DNA from: Thermoanaerobaculia bacterium
GTDB lineage: Bacteria; Acidobacteriota; Thermoanaerobaculia; Multivoradales; Multivoraceae
Reading direction: 5' to 3'
DNA: 64,000 nt
Assembly: GCA_965214805.1 (NCBI GenBank)
Contig: OZ243982.1
Span: forward strand, 2,840,982-2,904,981
Made by a program: the position numbers and the translations under genes. Below are positions 1-10,304 of this stretch, one piece after another. Position 1 is the first letter of the stretch. Each line of letters begins with the position of its first letter. Below the pieces are notes generated by a model. That model saw nothing but the letters and a program-made list of their open reading frames with translations, made no database searches and was not told the DNA's origin.

Positions 1-1106
1 CCTTCATGACCTTGGCCTCGATCGGCTTCGTTGTCCTCGTGTACATCGGCGTGCTCGCTCTGGCCGGTGGCCTGCAGGCGGCGTTTGCCGCTACCGGCAA
101 CCCGTCCGTCGTCATCGTGATGCGGGACGGCACCCGCGCCGAGATGGAGAGTTCCTACGCCCAGGAAGATCACCGGCTGCTGGCCGCCATGCCGGGAGTC
201 GAGCGGGCCGACGACGGCACGGTGCTGGCCTCGGGAGAAGTGGTCCTCGTGCAGATCTTCGAGCGGGCCGACGGCACCGAGACGAACGTGATGGTCCGAG
301 GAGTGGAGCCTTCGGCATTCGCGATCCGGCCGCGCCTGGAGATCACCGAGGGCCGCCGATTCGAGCCCGGCCGCGGCGAGATCATCGTCGGTCGCAGCCT
401 GGCCGGGAGGCTCGGGCTGCGGGTCGGCGACGAGCGGAAGATGGGCCGGAGCACGTTCCGCGTCGTCGGCCTGTTCTCGGGCGCCGGTGCCCACGGCTCG
501 GAGATCTGGGGCGATGCCCGCGACCTCGGCGACTCGTTCCGCCGCAGCGGGTACTACTCTTCGACCCGGCTCATGGCTGCGTCGCCCGCTGCGGCCCGCG
601 ACCTGATCGAGACCGTCAAGGCGGACCAGCGGCTTCAGGTGCGGGCCGTGACGGAACCCGAGTACTACGAGGAGCAGTCCGCGACCTCGTCCGGCCAGTT
701 CATCGTCCTCGGCAACGTCCTCGCCGTGCTCATGGCGGTGGGCGCCTGCTTCGCTGCCGCGAACACGATGTACGCCCAGGTCGCCGCCCGCGCCCGCGAG
801 ATCGGCACTCTGCGTGCACTGGGCTTCCGGCGCCGCTCGATCATGGGCAGCTTCTTCCTGGAAGCGGTGCTGCTCGGTGTCGTCGCGGGCGCCTTCGGCG
901 CGCTCCTCGCCCTGCCTCTGAACGCGATTCAGACCGGCACGATGAACCAGGTCACATTCAGCGAGATCACCTTCCAGCTTCGCACCACGCCGTTCGCCCT
1001 GTTCTCCGGCATTTGCCTGGCGACCATCACCGGCGTCCTCGGCGGCCTGCTCCCCGCCTTCGGCGCCTCGCGGCAGAAGATCACCGACCTCCTCCGCGAA
1101 GCGTAG
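1..1106 (+). CDS. ABC transporter permease, FtsX/MacB family (5' end probably outside the window)
   Basis: TM helix, periplasmic MacB-like region, 'AAANTMYAQVAARAREIGTLRALGF' FtsX-type signature, then three C-terminal TM helices. Confidence 0.88.
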   Translation, partial: FMTLASIGFVVLVYIGVLALAGGLQAAFAATGNPSVVIVMRDGTRAEMESSYAQEDHRLLAAMPGVERADDGTVLASGEVVLVQIFERADGTETNVMVRGVEPSAFAIRPRLEITEGRRFEPGRGEIIVGRSLAGRLGLRVGDERKMGRSTFRVVGLFSGAGAHGSEIWGDARDLGDSFRRSGYYSSTRLMAASPAAARDLIETVKADQRLQVRAVTEPEYYEEQSATSSGQFIVLGNVLAVLMAVGACFAAANTMYAQVAARAREIGTLRALGFRRRSIMGSFFLEAVLLGVVAGAFGALLALPLNAIQTGTMNQVTFSEITFQLRTTPFALFSGICLATITGVLGGLLPAFGASRQKITDLLREA

Positions 1107-1143
1107 GATCGACCGCTGGCCGAGCGGCGTGCAACGTAGCCGG

Positions 1144-2661
1144 ATGGCGTCCGCGCCGGTCCGTCGTCGTCTGTTCCGGGCCCTTGCGCCCTCTGGCCCG
1201 GCTCTGCTCCTCGGCGCCTGCGCCGCAGACCTTGCGCCGGTGCCCGCCGCGCCGCCGGGCCCCCTTCCCAACGTCGTCCTCATCGTCCCGGACGACCTGG
1301 GCCGCCACGACGTGAGCTTCCACGGCGGCGGCATCGCGACCCCGAACATCGACAGGATTGCCGCCGAGGGGGTGCTGATCGAACGCTTCTACACGGCGCC
1401 GATCTGTTCGCCGACCCGTGCCGGGCTGATGACGGGCCGCTATCCGATTCGCTTCGGGCTGATGCGGGACGTCATTGCCCCCTGGCGGACATTCGGTCTG
1501 GACACGGAGGAAGTCACTCTGGCCGAAGTGCTCGCCGCGGCGGGCTACGAGCATCGCGCCGTCTTCGGCAAGTGGCACTTGGGTCACATCGGCCGGAAGT
1601 ACCATCCGCTGCGGCGAGGCTTCACGGAGTCCGTCGGTCACAACACGTCGATCGACTACTTCACCAAGGAGCGGTTCGGACAACGGGACTGGTTTCACGG
1701 CTACGAGCCGGTCGCGGAGGAGGGTTACGTCACGGACCTGGTGGCCGAGCATGCGGTCCGGTTCATCCATCGGCACGCCGGCGGCAAGGCGCCGTTCTTC
1801 CTCTACGTCCCCTTCAACGCGGCGCACTCGCCGCTGCAGGCGAAGGAGGAGGACCTGCCGCTCTACGCGGACCTGGACGCGCTCGAACCGCCGCGCGGCT
1901 GGGAAGAAGTGACCGGCGGCCGGCCTCTGGCGCCGGAAGAACGGCGCCGCGAGAGCCGCCGCATTCACGCCGCGATGGTCCACGCGCTGGACGAAGGAGT
2001 TGGCCGCATCCTCCGTGCCATCGACGACAACGGCATCGCCGAGGACACGCTCGTGCTCTTCTTCAGCGACAACGGCGGCGGCGTCGGCATCGGCGACAAC
2101 GGGCCCTATCGGGGTGCGAAGAGCACCGTCTTCGAGGGAGGCACTCGGGTCGCAGCCGCGGCGCGCTGGCCGGCGGGAAGCGTCTCGGGCGGCGGTCGGG
2201 TGAAGGCGCCGGTCGCCTACATCGACGTTCTGCCGACCTTGATGAGCGTCGCGGGCGTGGACGACCACGGCGGCAAGCCGCTTGACGGCCGGAACGTCCT
2301 CGAGGTGCTCGCAGGCGTGGACCCGGACGGACCGGCACGCGACCTGTACTCCTTCGTCGGTCAGAAAACCCCGGGGCGAGAACAGGTGTCGGTGATTTCG
2401 GGCGCCTGGAAGCTCGTGGTCATCGGCCCGCCCCTCGACCGGCCCGGATCGGCGGCGGCGTCCCGGAAACTGCTCTTCCGTATCGAGGAGGATCCCTTCG
2501 AAGAACGGGATCTGGCTGCGGATCGTCCGGACGTGGCAGCCCGTATCCTCGACAAGGCCCGGGAGTTCCGCGCCCTGCAGCCGCCGAACCCCGTGGCGCC
2601 TTTCGGCGTGGGCGCGGAAGGGTTCGAGCCGCCGCCGAACTGGCAGTTCCCGGACGTCTGA
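1144..2661 (+). CDS. Arylsulfatase / sulfatase-like hydrolase, probable lipoprotein
   Basis: PNVVLIVPDDLG, formylglycine motif CSPTR, GKWHLG, SDNGG; lipobox-like LLLGAC. Confidence 0.92.
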   Translation: MASAPVRRRLFRALAPSGPALLLGACAADLAPVPAAPPGPLPNVVLIVPDDLGRHDVSFHGGGIATPNIDRIAAEGVLIERFYTAPICSPTRAGLMTGRYPIRFGLMRDVIAPWRTFGLDTEEVTLAEVLAAAGYEHRAVFGKWHLGHIGRKYHPLRRGFTESVGHNTSIDYFTKERFGQRDWFHGYEPVAEEGYVTDLVAEHAVRFIHRHAGGKAPFFLYVPFNAAHSPLQAKEEDLPLYADLDALEPPRGWEEVTGGRPLAPEERRRESRRIHAAMVHALDEGVGRILRAIDDNGIAEDTLVLFFSDNGGGVGIGDNGPYRGAKSTVFEGGTRVAAAARWPAGSVSGGGRVKAPVAYIDVLPTLMSVAGVDDHGGKPLDGRNVLEVLAGVDPDGPARDLYSFVGQKTPGREQVSVISGAWKLVVIGPPLDRPGSAAASRKLLFRIEEDPFEERDLAADRPDVAARILDKAREFRALQPPNPVAPFGVGAEGFEPPPNWQFPDV

Positions 2662-2854
2662 CGCCGATGCTTGTGCGACTGCCGTGAAGAGACGATCCGC
2701 CCCGCTGTTGCGAATGGAGTCGCGACTTGAAGCGGACGTGTCCTGCCTGGGTTTTCTGGCTTTCGGGGTCCCGGTCGCAGCGGCAGATCTTAGCCATGTA
2801 TCATTGAGATCAAAGTTCGAAAACTCGATGTGAAGTGATGTATCATGCGAAGCC

Positions 2855-3345
2855 ATGTACATCGAAAGCGTCCCCAACCGGACTCCCTACCCGCCATCCT
2901 GCTGAGAGAGTCCTACTGACAGGACGGAAAGGTCAGGAAGCGCATCCTCGCAAACCTCTCGAAATGGCCGGAGCATCTCCTCTGCCACTACCTCGAATCC
3001 AGGGTGCGGGCGCACGTCTTCCTGTGCATGCTCGCCTGCCACGTCGGGTGGCACATGCGACGCGCTCTCGCGCCGCTGCTCTTCGACGACCACGAACCCC
3101 CCGAGGACCGCAGCTTGCCGGTCGAACCGGCGCGCAGGTCCCGAGCGGCAATCGCCAAGGCCAACTCCCGTCGCACCGCCGACGGATTCCCCGTCCACAG
3201 CTTCCAGACCCTGCTCGCAGACCTCGCCACACTCACACGCAACCAGGTGCGCCTGCACGGCGCCGGCGGCTCCACCGTCGATCTGCTCGCCAGACCCACG
3301 CCATTGCAGAGCGAGGCCTTCAGACTGCTGCGAGTGCGCCCCTGA
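2855..3345 (+). pseudogene. IS1634-family transposase remnant (frameshift, internal stop, large internal deletion)
   Basis: MYIESVPNR, then after a frameshift at ~2880 AILLRESY*QDGKVRKRILANLSKWP, joined directly to the C-terminal VRAHVFLCMLA...VHSFQTLLADLATLTRN...PTPLQSEAFRLL. Confidence 0.8.
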
Positions 3346-3504
3346 CCGCCCGGAAGTACCCAGTACCCAGTAGCGTGCAAACCTGATTCCAGACAAAGCC
3401 CCGTCGCACAAGGACTTCCCTGCCTTTGCCAGCAGAACTTCGGGTTAGAGTGACCGCAGGTCGCCCATGAGGGGTGGCCGCAGTGTTTGAAAGGAGCCAG
3501 ACAA

Positions 3505-4698
3505 GTGAGGAAGTTGATGACATTGGTCGTCATGGCGCTGATGGGCGCCGCAGTTGGTGCGCAGGAAAAGGAAGTTCTGCTCTGGCCGCCCGAAGGGGGA
3601 CCGTCCGGGGTGGAGCTCTCCGCCCCTTTGTTTGGGGCGTTCTCGGACGTAGTTCATGCAGGTGTGCATGAGCCTGTTGTCTTGGTGAACGGGACTGACG
3701 GAGTCGCCCATTATCAGTATGACGATGACGTGTTCGAGCAGGCCTTCTTCCTTCAAGGCGGCGTATGGGAGATGGAATTAGCCCAGCAGTACACCATGCG
3801 GTCAGCGGGTGAGATCGAGTATGTGGAAGCGTGCTTCCACAACCAGCAGCGTTTTCAACGGCGCTTTCGTTTCACTGTGCGTGTCAGGCTGGATTCCAAC
3901 GGGGCGCCCGGTGAAGAGGTAGGGTCCGCCGCTAGCGGTTACAAGACGCTGTCGGGTGATCGACTCTCAAACTTCGACTGCTACAGAGTCACAGGTTTCA
4001 CCGGCCGCGTACCCCGTGATGACGTGTGGGTGACCGTCGAGTGGCTGTATGGCTTCCATGACGAGGCAGTGAGCCTCATGGTCGACACAAGCAACCAGCG
4101 CGGCAGGCGCGCTTGGAAGGCGCGCAGGGACGGGGAACCGTACAGTGCCTGGACTGCGTCGAACATCTCGGGAGTCTTCGGGCTGCGTCTTGGCGTCATC
4201 ACCCAGAGCCAGGACCCTGATCCCGACCCCGACCCTGACCCCGACCCCGACCCTGATCCCGACCCCGATCCCGACCCTGATCCCGACCCCGATCCCGACC
4301 CTGATCCCGACCCCGATCCCGACCCCGAACCGTCGTGCACAGGGAATCGTACCCGGCTGGAGAACGGCTTCACGGTGCAGGTTGAGTACCAGGACCCGAA
4401 CTCGGGTCAGTGGAGGGATTCTCTCGAGCACTGCAACGTGAGCCGGGATAGCGCCGTGGCCTACTTCTTCGACCGGAACAACGCCGAGGTGCTGGTCAAG
4501 GTGCTGAACGGATGCCGAATCAATCAGCACCGGTGGGTGTACTCCGCACCGGCAACCGATCTCGCGTACCGCGTGTCGGTCTGGCCGCCGAGTGGACAGG
4601 GTTCCATGTGGACTACAGACAGGGGCGTTGCCCTTGATTCTCCGGGGTTCACTGCCGTGACCGCCATCACCGACGTGAAAGCGTTCGGTTGCAGCTGA
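3505..4698 (+). CDS. Secreted protein with (Asp-Pro)19 linker and Acidobacteria-type Cys-containing C-terminal domain
   Basis: Signal peptide ([13 protein letters not shown]), DP tract, [26 protein letters not shown] motif; start could be 3487, 3505 or 3517. Confidence 0.75.
   Translation: MRKLMTLVVMALMGAAVGAQEKEVLLWPPEGGPSGVELSAPLFGAFSDVVHAGVHEPVVLVNGTDGVAHYQYDDDVFEQAFFLQGGVWEMELAQQYTMRSAGEIEYVEACFHNQQRFQRRFRFTVRVRLDSNGAPGEEVGSAASGYKTLSGDRLSNFDCYRVTGFTGRVPRDDVWVTVEWLYGFHDEAVSLMVDTSNQRGRRAWKARRDGEPYSAWTASNISGVFGLRLGVITQSQDPDPDPDPDPDPDPDPDPDPDPDPDPDPDPDPDPDPDPEPSCTGNRTRLENGFTVQVEYQDPNSGQWRDSLEHCNVSRDSAVAYFFDRNNAEVLVKVLNGCRINQHRWVYSAPATDLAYRVSVWPPSGQGSMWTTDRGVALDSPGFTAVTAITDVKAFGCS
4213..4326 (+). 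repeat. Hexanucleotide tandem repeat (GAYCCY)19 encoding (DP)19
   Basis: gaccct/gatccc/gacccc units read directly, with a higher-order 24-nt periodicity. Confidence 0.95.
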
Positions 4699-4989
4699 TA
4701 TGCCAGCGCCGCTATCACGGCTGTCAACGGGGTCGCCGTCCCGGTCATCGCGGCCCCCGAGACCGGCGCTGACGGGCGCGTGGACTTCACGACGTTGCCG
4801 AAGCATTTCCGTTCGGGCACGGACGCGTTCACGGTCACCGCCGGTGACGTGGCCGCTGACGTGAACTCTTGAGGTCGCGCTCTGATGGCCTGTCGCACAC
4901 GCAAACCGCTTCCGTGGCGGCAGTGCACGATGGACTGCGCTACCACCTGCTCGACATCAGGCACGCTCATCACCCAGACTCACCGCGAC

Positions 4990-5705
4990 CTCTTGCAGCC
5001 TGGTCCCATTCAAGATGAGCCCGAACGGCGGTTGTTCGGGAGTCGAGTCAGGGCGAGAGCGTCGGGGCAGTTTTCAGGACTGCTGATCGGAGTGAAGCAG
5101 AGATCAGCACCAGAGACCAGCGGTAGCGCGGGGACCGCGAGGCGGCGGTTGAAGTGCGCGGAGACGAGTGTCGTGTGGGCCATTGGCAGGTTCCGTTTCG
5201 CGGGATGCCGGCGGGGGTGTTCACTCATGCGACGGCGTCGCGGCGTCGGATCCTTGGCGAGGAGCGCGGCGAGAGCCTCGTTGACGGCTTTGGCGGCGGC
5301 GAGGTCGTCGATGGCCAGGGCCTGACGGTCGAGCTGCTCGAAGGTGACGCCGGGTCGCAGGTACCGCGCGGCGCCGTGGAGGGACTTCAGCTTGAAAACA
5401 GGGCGTGGTGACCTTCTCGAAGGGACAGGTCTTGCGCGCGCGCCCCTTGGCGTCCCGCGTCTCGACGGGAAAGTGGCAGCACCGGTGGTAATTGAGAGAA
5501 GGGGGCGAGCACGTCACGCAGGAAGCGATCGACGAAAGCTGCGTGATGGCGAGGAATTTGGTCGTGGCCGAGGTAGTGCCGCACCACCGGGGCGTTCCTG
5601 CTCTCGACCAGGGCGTCGTCGTTGCAGCGCCTCGGGCGGGACTTCGTGAACTCTTCGACGTGCTGCCTGTTCAGCAGCGCGGCGACCTTGTAGTTGACCG
5701 GAGCC
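4990..5705 (-). mobile_element. Degenerate IS remnant with an rve/DDE (ISNCY-like) transposase pseudogene, 5'-truncated
   Basis: Frameshifted fragments VNYKVAALLNRQHVEEFTKSRPRRCNDDALVESRNAPVVRHYLGH / LNYHRCCHFPVETRDAKGR / KLKSLHGAARYLRPGVTFEQLD; possible end motif 'ttcgggctcatcttgaatgggacc' near 5000-5025. Confidence 0.72.
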
Positions 5706-5752
5706 AGGCGTCGGCTCTGACGGGGAACCGCGCGGGCGAGCGGCAGGCGTCG

Positions 5753-6841
5753 CTACGCGGCCCTGGCGAACTTCCGCCGCAGCCAGTCGATCAGTACGCG
5801 GTTCGTCTCTTCGGGCTTCTCCTGCTGCGTCCAGTGGCCGCAGTCGGCAACCGTGTACTTCTCGAGGTCGTCAATGAAGTCCTCCATGCCGTCGGCGGAG
5901 GAGGGGCGGAGTATCACGTCGTTCTCGGCGCCGATGTAGAGGCACGGAACCTCGATTTCCCACTTCGCGTTCTCGATGCCGGGAATGGGGCGTCCCGCCA
6001 TGCGGTACCAGTTCAGGCCGCCTGTGAAGCCCGTGATCTCGAAGGTCTCCGTGAAGTAGTCCAGGGCTTCCTCGGACAGGAACACCTCGCCGGGGTAGTC
6101 CTCGCGCTCCAGCATCCGCAGCAGGTCCAGCTGCCGTTCGGGCGAGTCCTCGGGCATCGCCCGGAACGCCTCGACGTCCCAGATGTAGCCGCGGCGGAGC
6201 AGCATCTCGAAGGACTTGCGCACGTCGGCGGACAGTGCCTTCTCCGCCCGGCCGGGCTCCTGGAACTGCACCGTGTAGTAGTTCTCGGAGCGGACGATCA
6301 GCGGCGCTTCGGTCCGCTCCGCCGGGGCCATGCCCGGTGGCCGTCCGCCTGGCGTGTTCACGCCGACGATGCCGAGGCAGCGGTCCGGGTGCAGCCGCGC
6401 CATCATCCACACCACGCCGCCGCCCCAGTCGTGGCCGACGAAGACGGCCCGGTCGAGCTCGAGTGCGTCGAGCATCCCGGCCATGTCGTCGCAGAGGCGC
6501 CTCAGGCCGTACTCCGCCACGTCGTCTGGCCGGTCCGTCAGGCCGTATCCCCGCTGATCGGGCGCGATGGCGCGGAAGCCGGCGTCGGCGAGCGCCGGGA
6601 GCTGGAACCGCCAGGAGAACGCGAGTTCGGGGAAGCCGTGGCAGAGCACGACGGGGATGCCGGCACCCTGTTCGTAGACCGCCATGCGGATGCCGTTCGT
6701 CTCGACGAAGCGCGGCGCCGGCATCCCGGGGGCCGGCCGGACCTCGGCGCCTCGTGCCAGGCCGGGCATCGCGAGCGCACCGGCCAGGGCGCCGGTCGTC
6801 TGCAGGAAGCTGCGGCGGGTCAAGGCGCGAGGGGGAATCAT
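5753..6841 (-). CDS. Alpha/beta hydrolase (epoxide hydrolase-like) with Tat signal
   Basis: TRRSFLQ twin-arginine signal; HGFPE oxyanion motif; GHDWGG nucleophile Asp; GGLNWYR; CGHWTQQE. Confidence 0.9.
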   Translation of the reverse strand: MIPPRALTRRSFLQTTGALAGALAMPGLARGAEVRPAPGMPAPRFVETNGIRMAVYEQGAGIPVVLCHGFPELAFSWRFQLPALADAGFRAIAPDQRGYGLTDRPDDVAEYGLRRLCDDMAGMLDALELDRAVFVGHDWGGGVVWMMARLHPDRCLGIVGVNTPGGRPPGMAPAERTEAPLIVRSENYYTVQFQEPGRAEKALSADVRKSFEMLLRRGYIWDVEAFRAMPEDSPERQLDLLRMLEREDYPGEVFLSEEALDYFTETFEITGFTGGLNWYRMAGRPIPGIENAKWEIEVPCLYIGAENDVILRPSSADGMEDFIDDLEKYTVADCGHWTQQEKPEETNRVLIDWLRRKFARAA

Positions 6842-6949
6842 CGGGACCTCCGAAGTCGGGGACGGGCTGGCGTGCGCTCTGCGGGTTGGCCGGAGTATCT
6901 CAGGCCGAACCGGAACGACGAACAGAGCGAAGTGTGTACGATAGCCGCG

Positions 6950-7315
6950 ATGCGCAACGTGTTCCGGCTTGCGGGTTCGTTCCTGGCGCTCGCCGTACTG
7001 GCAGCCCCGGTAGCGGGAATGTGCGCTGCGCTCTCTTCGCCCGGGGATCCGTGCGCCATGCAGGAGTCGCACGAGGCGGTGTCCTGCGGGCACGCCGAGA
7101 TGGTGATGACGGGCTGCTGCAACGTCGAGACCGTCGATCCCGCCGCGCAGGCGATCCTGCCCGGTCCCGCCGGCGACATCGACCCGCCCGCCCTGGCCGG
7201 GAGCGGGCCGGACGCGCTTGCCGGCGACGGTCTCCAGGCCGTCGTGATCGCCTGCGATGGGGATCCGCCGTCCGCTGTTCCGCGCTACAGGCTGTTCTCC
7301 GCGCTGTTGCTCTGA
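6950..7315 (+). CDS. Small exported Cys/His/Met-rich protein upstream of metal efflux operon
   Basis: Signal peptide, then CAMQESHEAVSCGHAEMVMTGCC; C-terminal PP..PRYRLFSALLL; sits immediately before tolC-cusB-cusA. Confidence 0.65.
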   Translation: MRNVFRLAGSFLALAVLAAPVAGMCAALSSPGDPCAMQESHEAVSCGHAEMVMTGCCNVETVDPAAQAILPGPAGDIDPPALAGSGPDALAGDGLQAVVIACDGDPPSAVPRYRLFSALLL

Positions 7316-7394
7316 TCCTCCGCCGAAGCGAGTCGCAGCGGTCGCCCCGTGAAGGCGGGCGGCTGCTGGAAACACGTTTCTGCGGAGGAATCGG

Positions 7395-8780
7395 ATGGTT
7401 CGACCTGTGCCTTGCCTGCTCGCCGCCGTTCTGCTGACGGTCGGCTGGGCGGGAACATCGATCGCCGGGACAGACCGGCCGGCCCCGGATCCGGCACCGG
7501 CGGACCGCGTCGCCCAGGGAATCGCGGACGAGCTGCTGCGCGAGCTCGTCGAGGAGGCGCTGGAGCGGAATCCGGGTCTTCGGGCCGGCCTTGCCCGGGC
7601 TCGGGCCGCCGCGCACAACGCGCCGCAGGCCGCCTCCCTGCCGGATCCGACGGCGGAGGCGACCGCCTTCCTGGCGCCGCCGGAAACGCGGGTCGGGCCG
7701 CAGCGGCTCGTGCTCGGTTACATCCAGCCGCTGCCGTGGCGGCCCAGGCTCGGTCTGCGGGAGGACGCGGCAGTTCACGCTGCGCACGCCCTGGAGCAGG
7801 GCGTGCAGGCGGAGCGCCTGCGGCTGGTCACGGAAGTCAGGCGGCTCTACCACGAGCTGGCGTTCCTCGATCGTTCGAGAAGAACGGCCGAGACCTTTCT
7901 CGAGCATCTCGTCCAGCACGAGGAAGTCGCCCGGGCCCGCTACGCGACCGGCGTGGGATCGACTCGGGCGGTGCTCAAGCTGCAGGCGGAGATCACGCGC
8001 GCCGAGCAGGCGCTCGTCGACCTGAATCTCCGTGAAGCCGCCCTGCGCGCGCGGCTCAATTCGCTGCGGGACCGGCCGGTTGCCACGCCGGTCCCGAGAA
8101 GTTCCCTTCCGGCGGCCATCGAGGAAGCCGCGCTGGAGGCAGGGAACCTCGCGGCTGCGGCGCGATCGTTGCGGCCCGAGCTGCGCGCGGCCGCGGCCGG
8201 ACTTGCCCGGGCCGAAACGGTGGAGGCCCTGGCCCGGATGGCCTACAGGCCCGACTTCAGCGTGGGCGTCACCTACACGCTGGTGACTCCGCGCGACGAC
8301 GAGGCCGCCCGCCTGCTGGCCCCGGCCGGCAACGGCAACGACGTGTTCGGCGTTCGCGGCGGCGTCACGCTGCCGTTGCGTCGACGCAGCCGGGCGGCGG
8401 CGGTGCAGGAGGCACTCGAACTGCGCTCCCACGCGGTCGATCAGCGGCGCGCCGCGGAACTTGCCGTCGAGACGGAGGTGGGCGACCTGACAGAGCGGCT
8501 GCCGCTGGCCTGGAGGCGGCTGCGGCTGCTGGAGGACCTGCTGGTCGTGCAGGCGGAGGAGGCGCTGGAGTCGGCGGAGGCGGCGTACATCGCCGGCGCC
8601 CTCCACACGCTCGACCTGTTCGACGCCGAGCACGTCCTGTTCGAGGCGCAGACGGCGACCGACCGGGCCAGGGCGGACTACCTGATCGGTCTTGCGGAAC
8701 TGGAGGGGGCTGTCGGCAGACCGCTGGCGGTTCGCACAGAACGGGGAGGCGCCGCAGAACGGGGAGGCGCAAGGAGATGA
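7395..8780 (+). CDS. TolC-family outer membrane efflux protein (CusC/CzcC-like)
   Basis: ALERNPGLRA...LPDP and RPELRAA...RPDF OEP repeats; signal peptide; stop overlaps the next start. Confidence 0.9.
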   Translation: MVRPVPCLLAAVLLTVGWAGTSIAGTDRPAPDPAPADRVAQGIADELLRELVEEALERNPGLRAGLARARAAAHNAPQAASLPDPTAEATAFLAPPETRVGPQRLVLGYIQPLPWRPRLGLREDAAVHAAHALEQGVQAERLRLVTEVRRLYHELAFLDRSRRTAETFLEHLVQHEEVARARYATGVGSTRAVLKLQAEITRAEQALVDLNLREAALRARLNSLRDRPVATPVPRSSLPAAIEEAALEAGNLAAAARSLRPELRAAAAGLARAETVEALARMAYRPDFSVGVTYTLVTPRDDEAARLLAPAGNGNDVFGVRGGVTLPLRRRSRAAAVQEALELRSHAVDQRRAAELAVETEVGDLTERLPLAWRRLRLLEDLLVVQAEEALESAEAAYIAGALHTLDLFDAEHVLFEAQTATDRARADYLIGLAELEGAVGRPLAVRTERGGAAERGGARR

Positions 8781-10300
8781 CGGCCAACGCGAACGAACCC
8801 GGCAGGCCGCTCCGGACCTGGTTGCCGCTTTCGACCTGGTTGCCTGGGGCGGCCTGGGTTGCGGGGAGCTTCGCCGCTTTCTTCCTTCTGTTCTTCGATC
8901 CCCTGGGCCTGCACCCGGTCGATTCCTGGCTGCAGCGGACGGTCGGCTACCAGACCGGTCCGACGGCGTCCGGGAGCGGCCAGGCTGCCTCGGCCTCCGG
9001 CGGTGAACGCGAGGTCGTCTTCTACCGGAATCCGATGGATCCGACGATCACTTCGCCGGTGCCGGCCACGGACGAGATGGGCATGGACTACGTGCCGGTG
9101 CATGCCGACCAGGCGCAGCAGGCGCTCGGTGCCGGCGCGACCGTCGCGATCGACCCGGTCGTGGTGCAGAACATGAACGTCCGGACGCAGCTGGTCGAGA
9201 GGCGCGACCTCAGGCGCGAGATCCGGACCGTCGGCTACCTCGAGTACGACCAGGAGCGGATGGTCACCGTGACCACCAAGTACGACGGCTGGGTCGAGAA
9301 GGTCCACGTCAACCACGTCGGCGAGCCGGTGGCCGAGGGCGAGGGGCTGTTCGAGGTCTATTCGCCGGAACTCGTTCAGACCGAACACGAGCTGCTTTCG
9401 GCGATCCGCTACGCCGCCCGCCTGGGCGATGCGGCGGGCGACGCCCGGCGCCATGCCGAAGGGCTGGTCGAGGCAGCGCGCACGCGGCTTGCGTTCTGGG
9501 ACATCTCGGCGGATCAGATCGCCCGGCTCGAGGAAACGGGCGAGATCTTCCGCACGCTGACCGTGACCGCGCCAGCCGGCGGATTGGTCATGAAGCGGAT
9601 GCCGGGCCTCGAGGGGATGGCGGTGACACCGGGCATGGAGGCGTACCACATAGCCGACATCACCTCCCTGTGGCTGTCGGTCGAGGTCTTCGAGGACCAG
9701 GTGATCTGGATCCGGCCCGGCGCCGAGGCGGAGGTGACCTTCACCTACTTCCCGGGCGAGACGATTCGAGGCGTCGTCGAGTTCATCGAACCCGAGTTGT
9801 CGGAACAGACCCGGACCCTGACGGTCAAGATCGCGGTGCCGAATCCGGACGGCCGATTGCGCAAGGGGATGTTCGCCACCGTGGTGTTCGATCCGGTGGT
9901 CGTGCGGGGGGTGGTCACGGCGCCGACCGAGTCGGTTCTTCGGACCGGGCGGCGCAGCGTCGTCATCACGGCGCTGGGCGGCGGCCGGTTCGAATCCCGG
10001 GAAGTCGATCTGGGCCACGCGCACGGAGGTCTTGTGGAAGTGCGATCGGGCCTCGCCGCGGGCGAGCGGATCGTTACCTCGTCGCAGTTCCTGCTGGACT
10101 CGGAGTCCAGGCTGCGAGCGGCCGTGCAGAGGATGCTGAGCGGTTCGGCGGCGCCGGCGGCCGCTCGCGAAGGCCGCGACCTTGGCGGCATGGGCGGGAT
10201 GGACCACGGCACGGGTCTTCAGGGTCACTCCGCGGCGGAAGCCGACGACGCGGCCGAGCCCCGCCGCCCTCGCCACGTGCACGAGGACCACGGCAGGTGA
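8777..10300 (+). CDS. cusB: CusB-like RND periplasmic adaptor
   Basis: YRNPMDP...DEMGMD heavy-metal-binding motif, YSPEL, VTSSQFLLDSES, His/Met-rich tail. Confidence 0.88.
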   Translation: MTANANEPGRPLRTWLPLSTWLPGAAWVAGSFAAFFLLFFDPLGLHPVDSWLQRTVGYQTGPTASGSGQAASASGGEREVVFYRNPMDPTITSPVPATDEMGMDYVPVHADQAQQALGAGATVAIDPVVVQNMNVRTQLVERRDLRREIRTVGYLEYDQERMVTVTTKYDGWVEKVHVNHVGEPVAEGEGLFEVYSPELVQTEHELLSAIRYAARLGDAAGDARRHAEGLVEAARTRLAFWDISADQIARLEETGEIFRTLTVTAPAGGLVMKRMPGLEGMAVTPGMEAYHIADITSLWLSVEVFEDQVIWIRPGAEAEVTFTYFPGETIRGVVEFIEPELSEQTRTLTVKIAVPNPDGRLRKGMFATVVFDPVVVRGVVTAPTESVLRTGRRSVVITALGGGRFESREVDLGHAHGGLVEVRSGLAAGERIVTSSQFLLDSESRLRAAVQRMLSGSAAPAAAREGRDLGGMGGMDHGTGLQGHSAAEADDAAEPRRPRHVHEDHGR

Positions 10301-10304
10301 TCCG

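Noticed and set aside
4213-4326. CRISPR-like array
   Set aside because: Contiguous 6-nt coding repeat with no spacers and no cas genes
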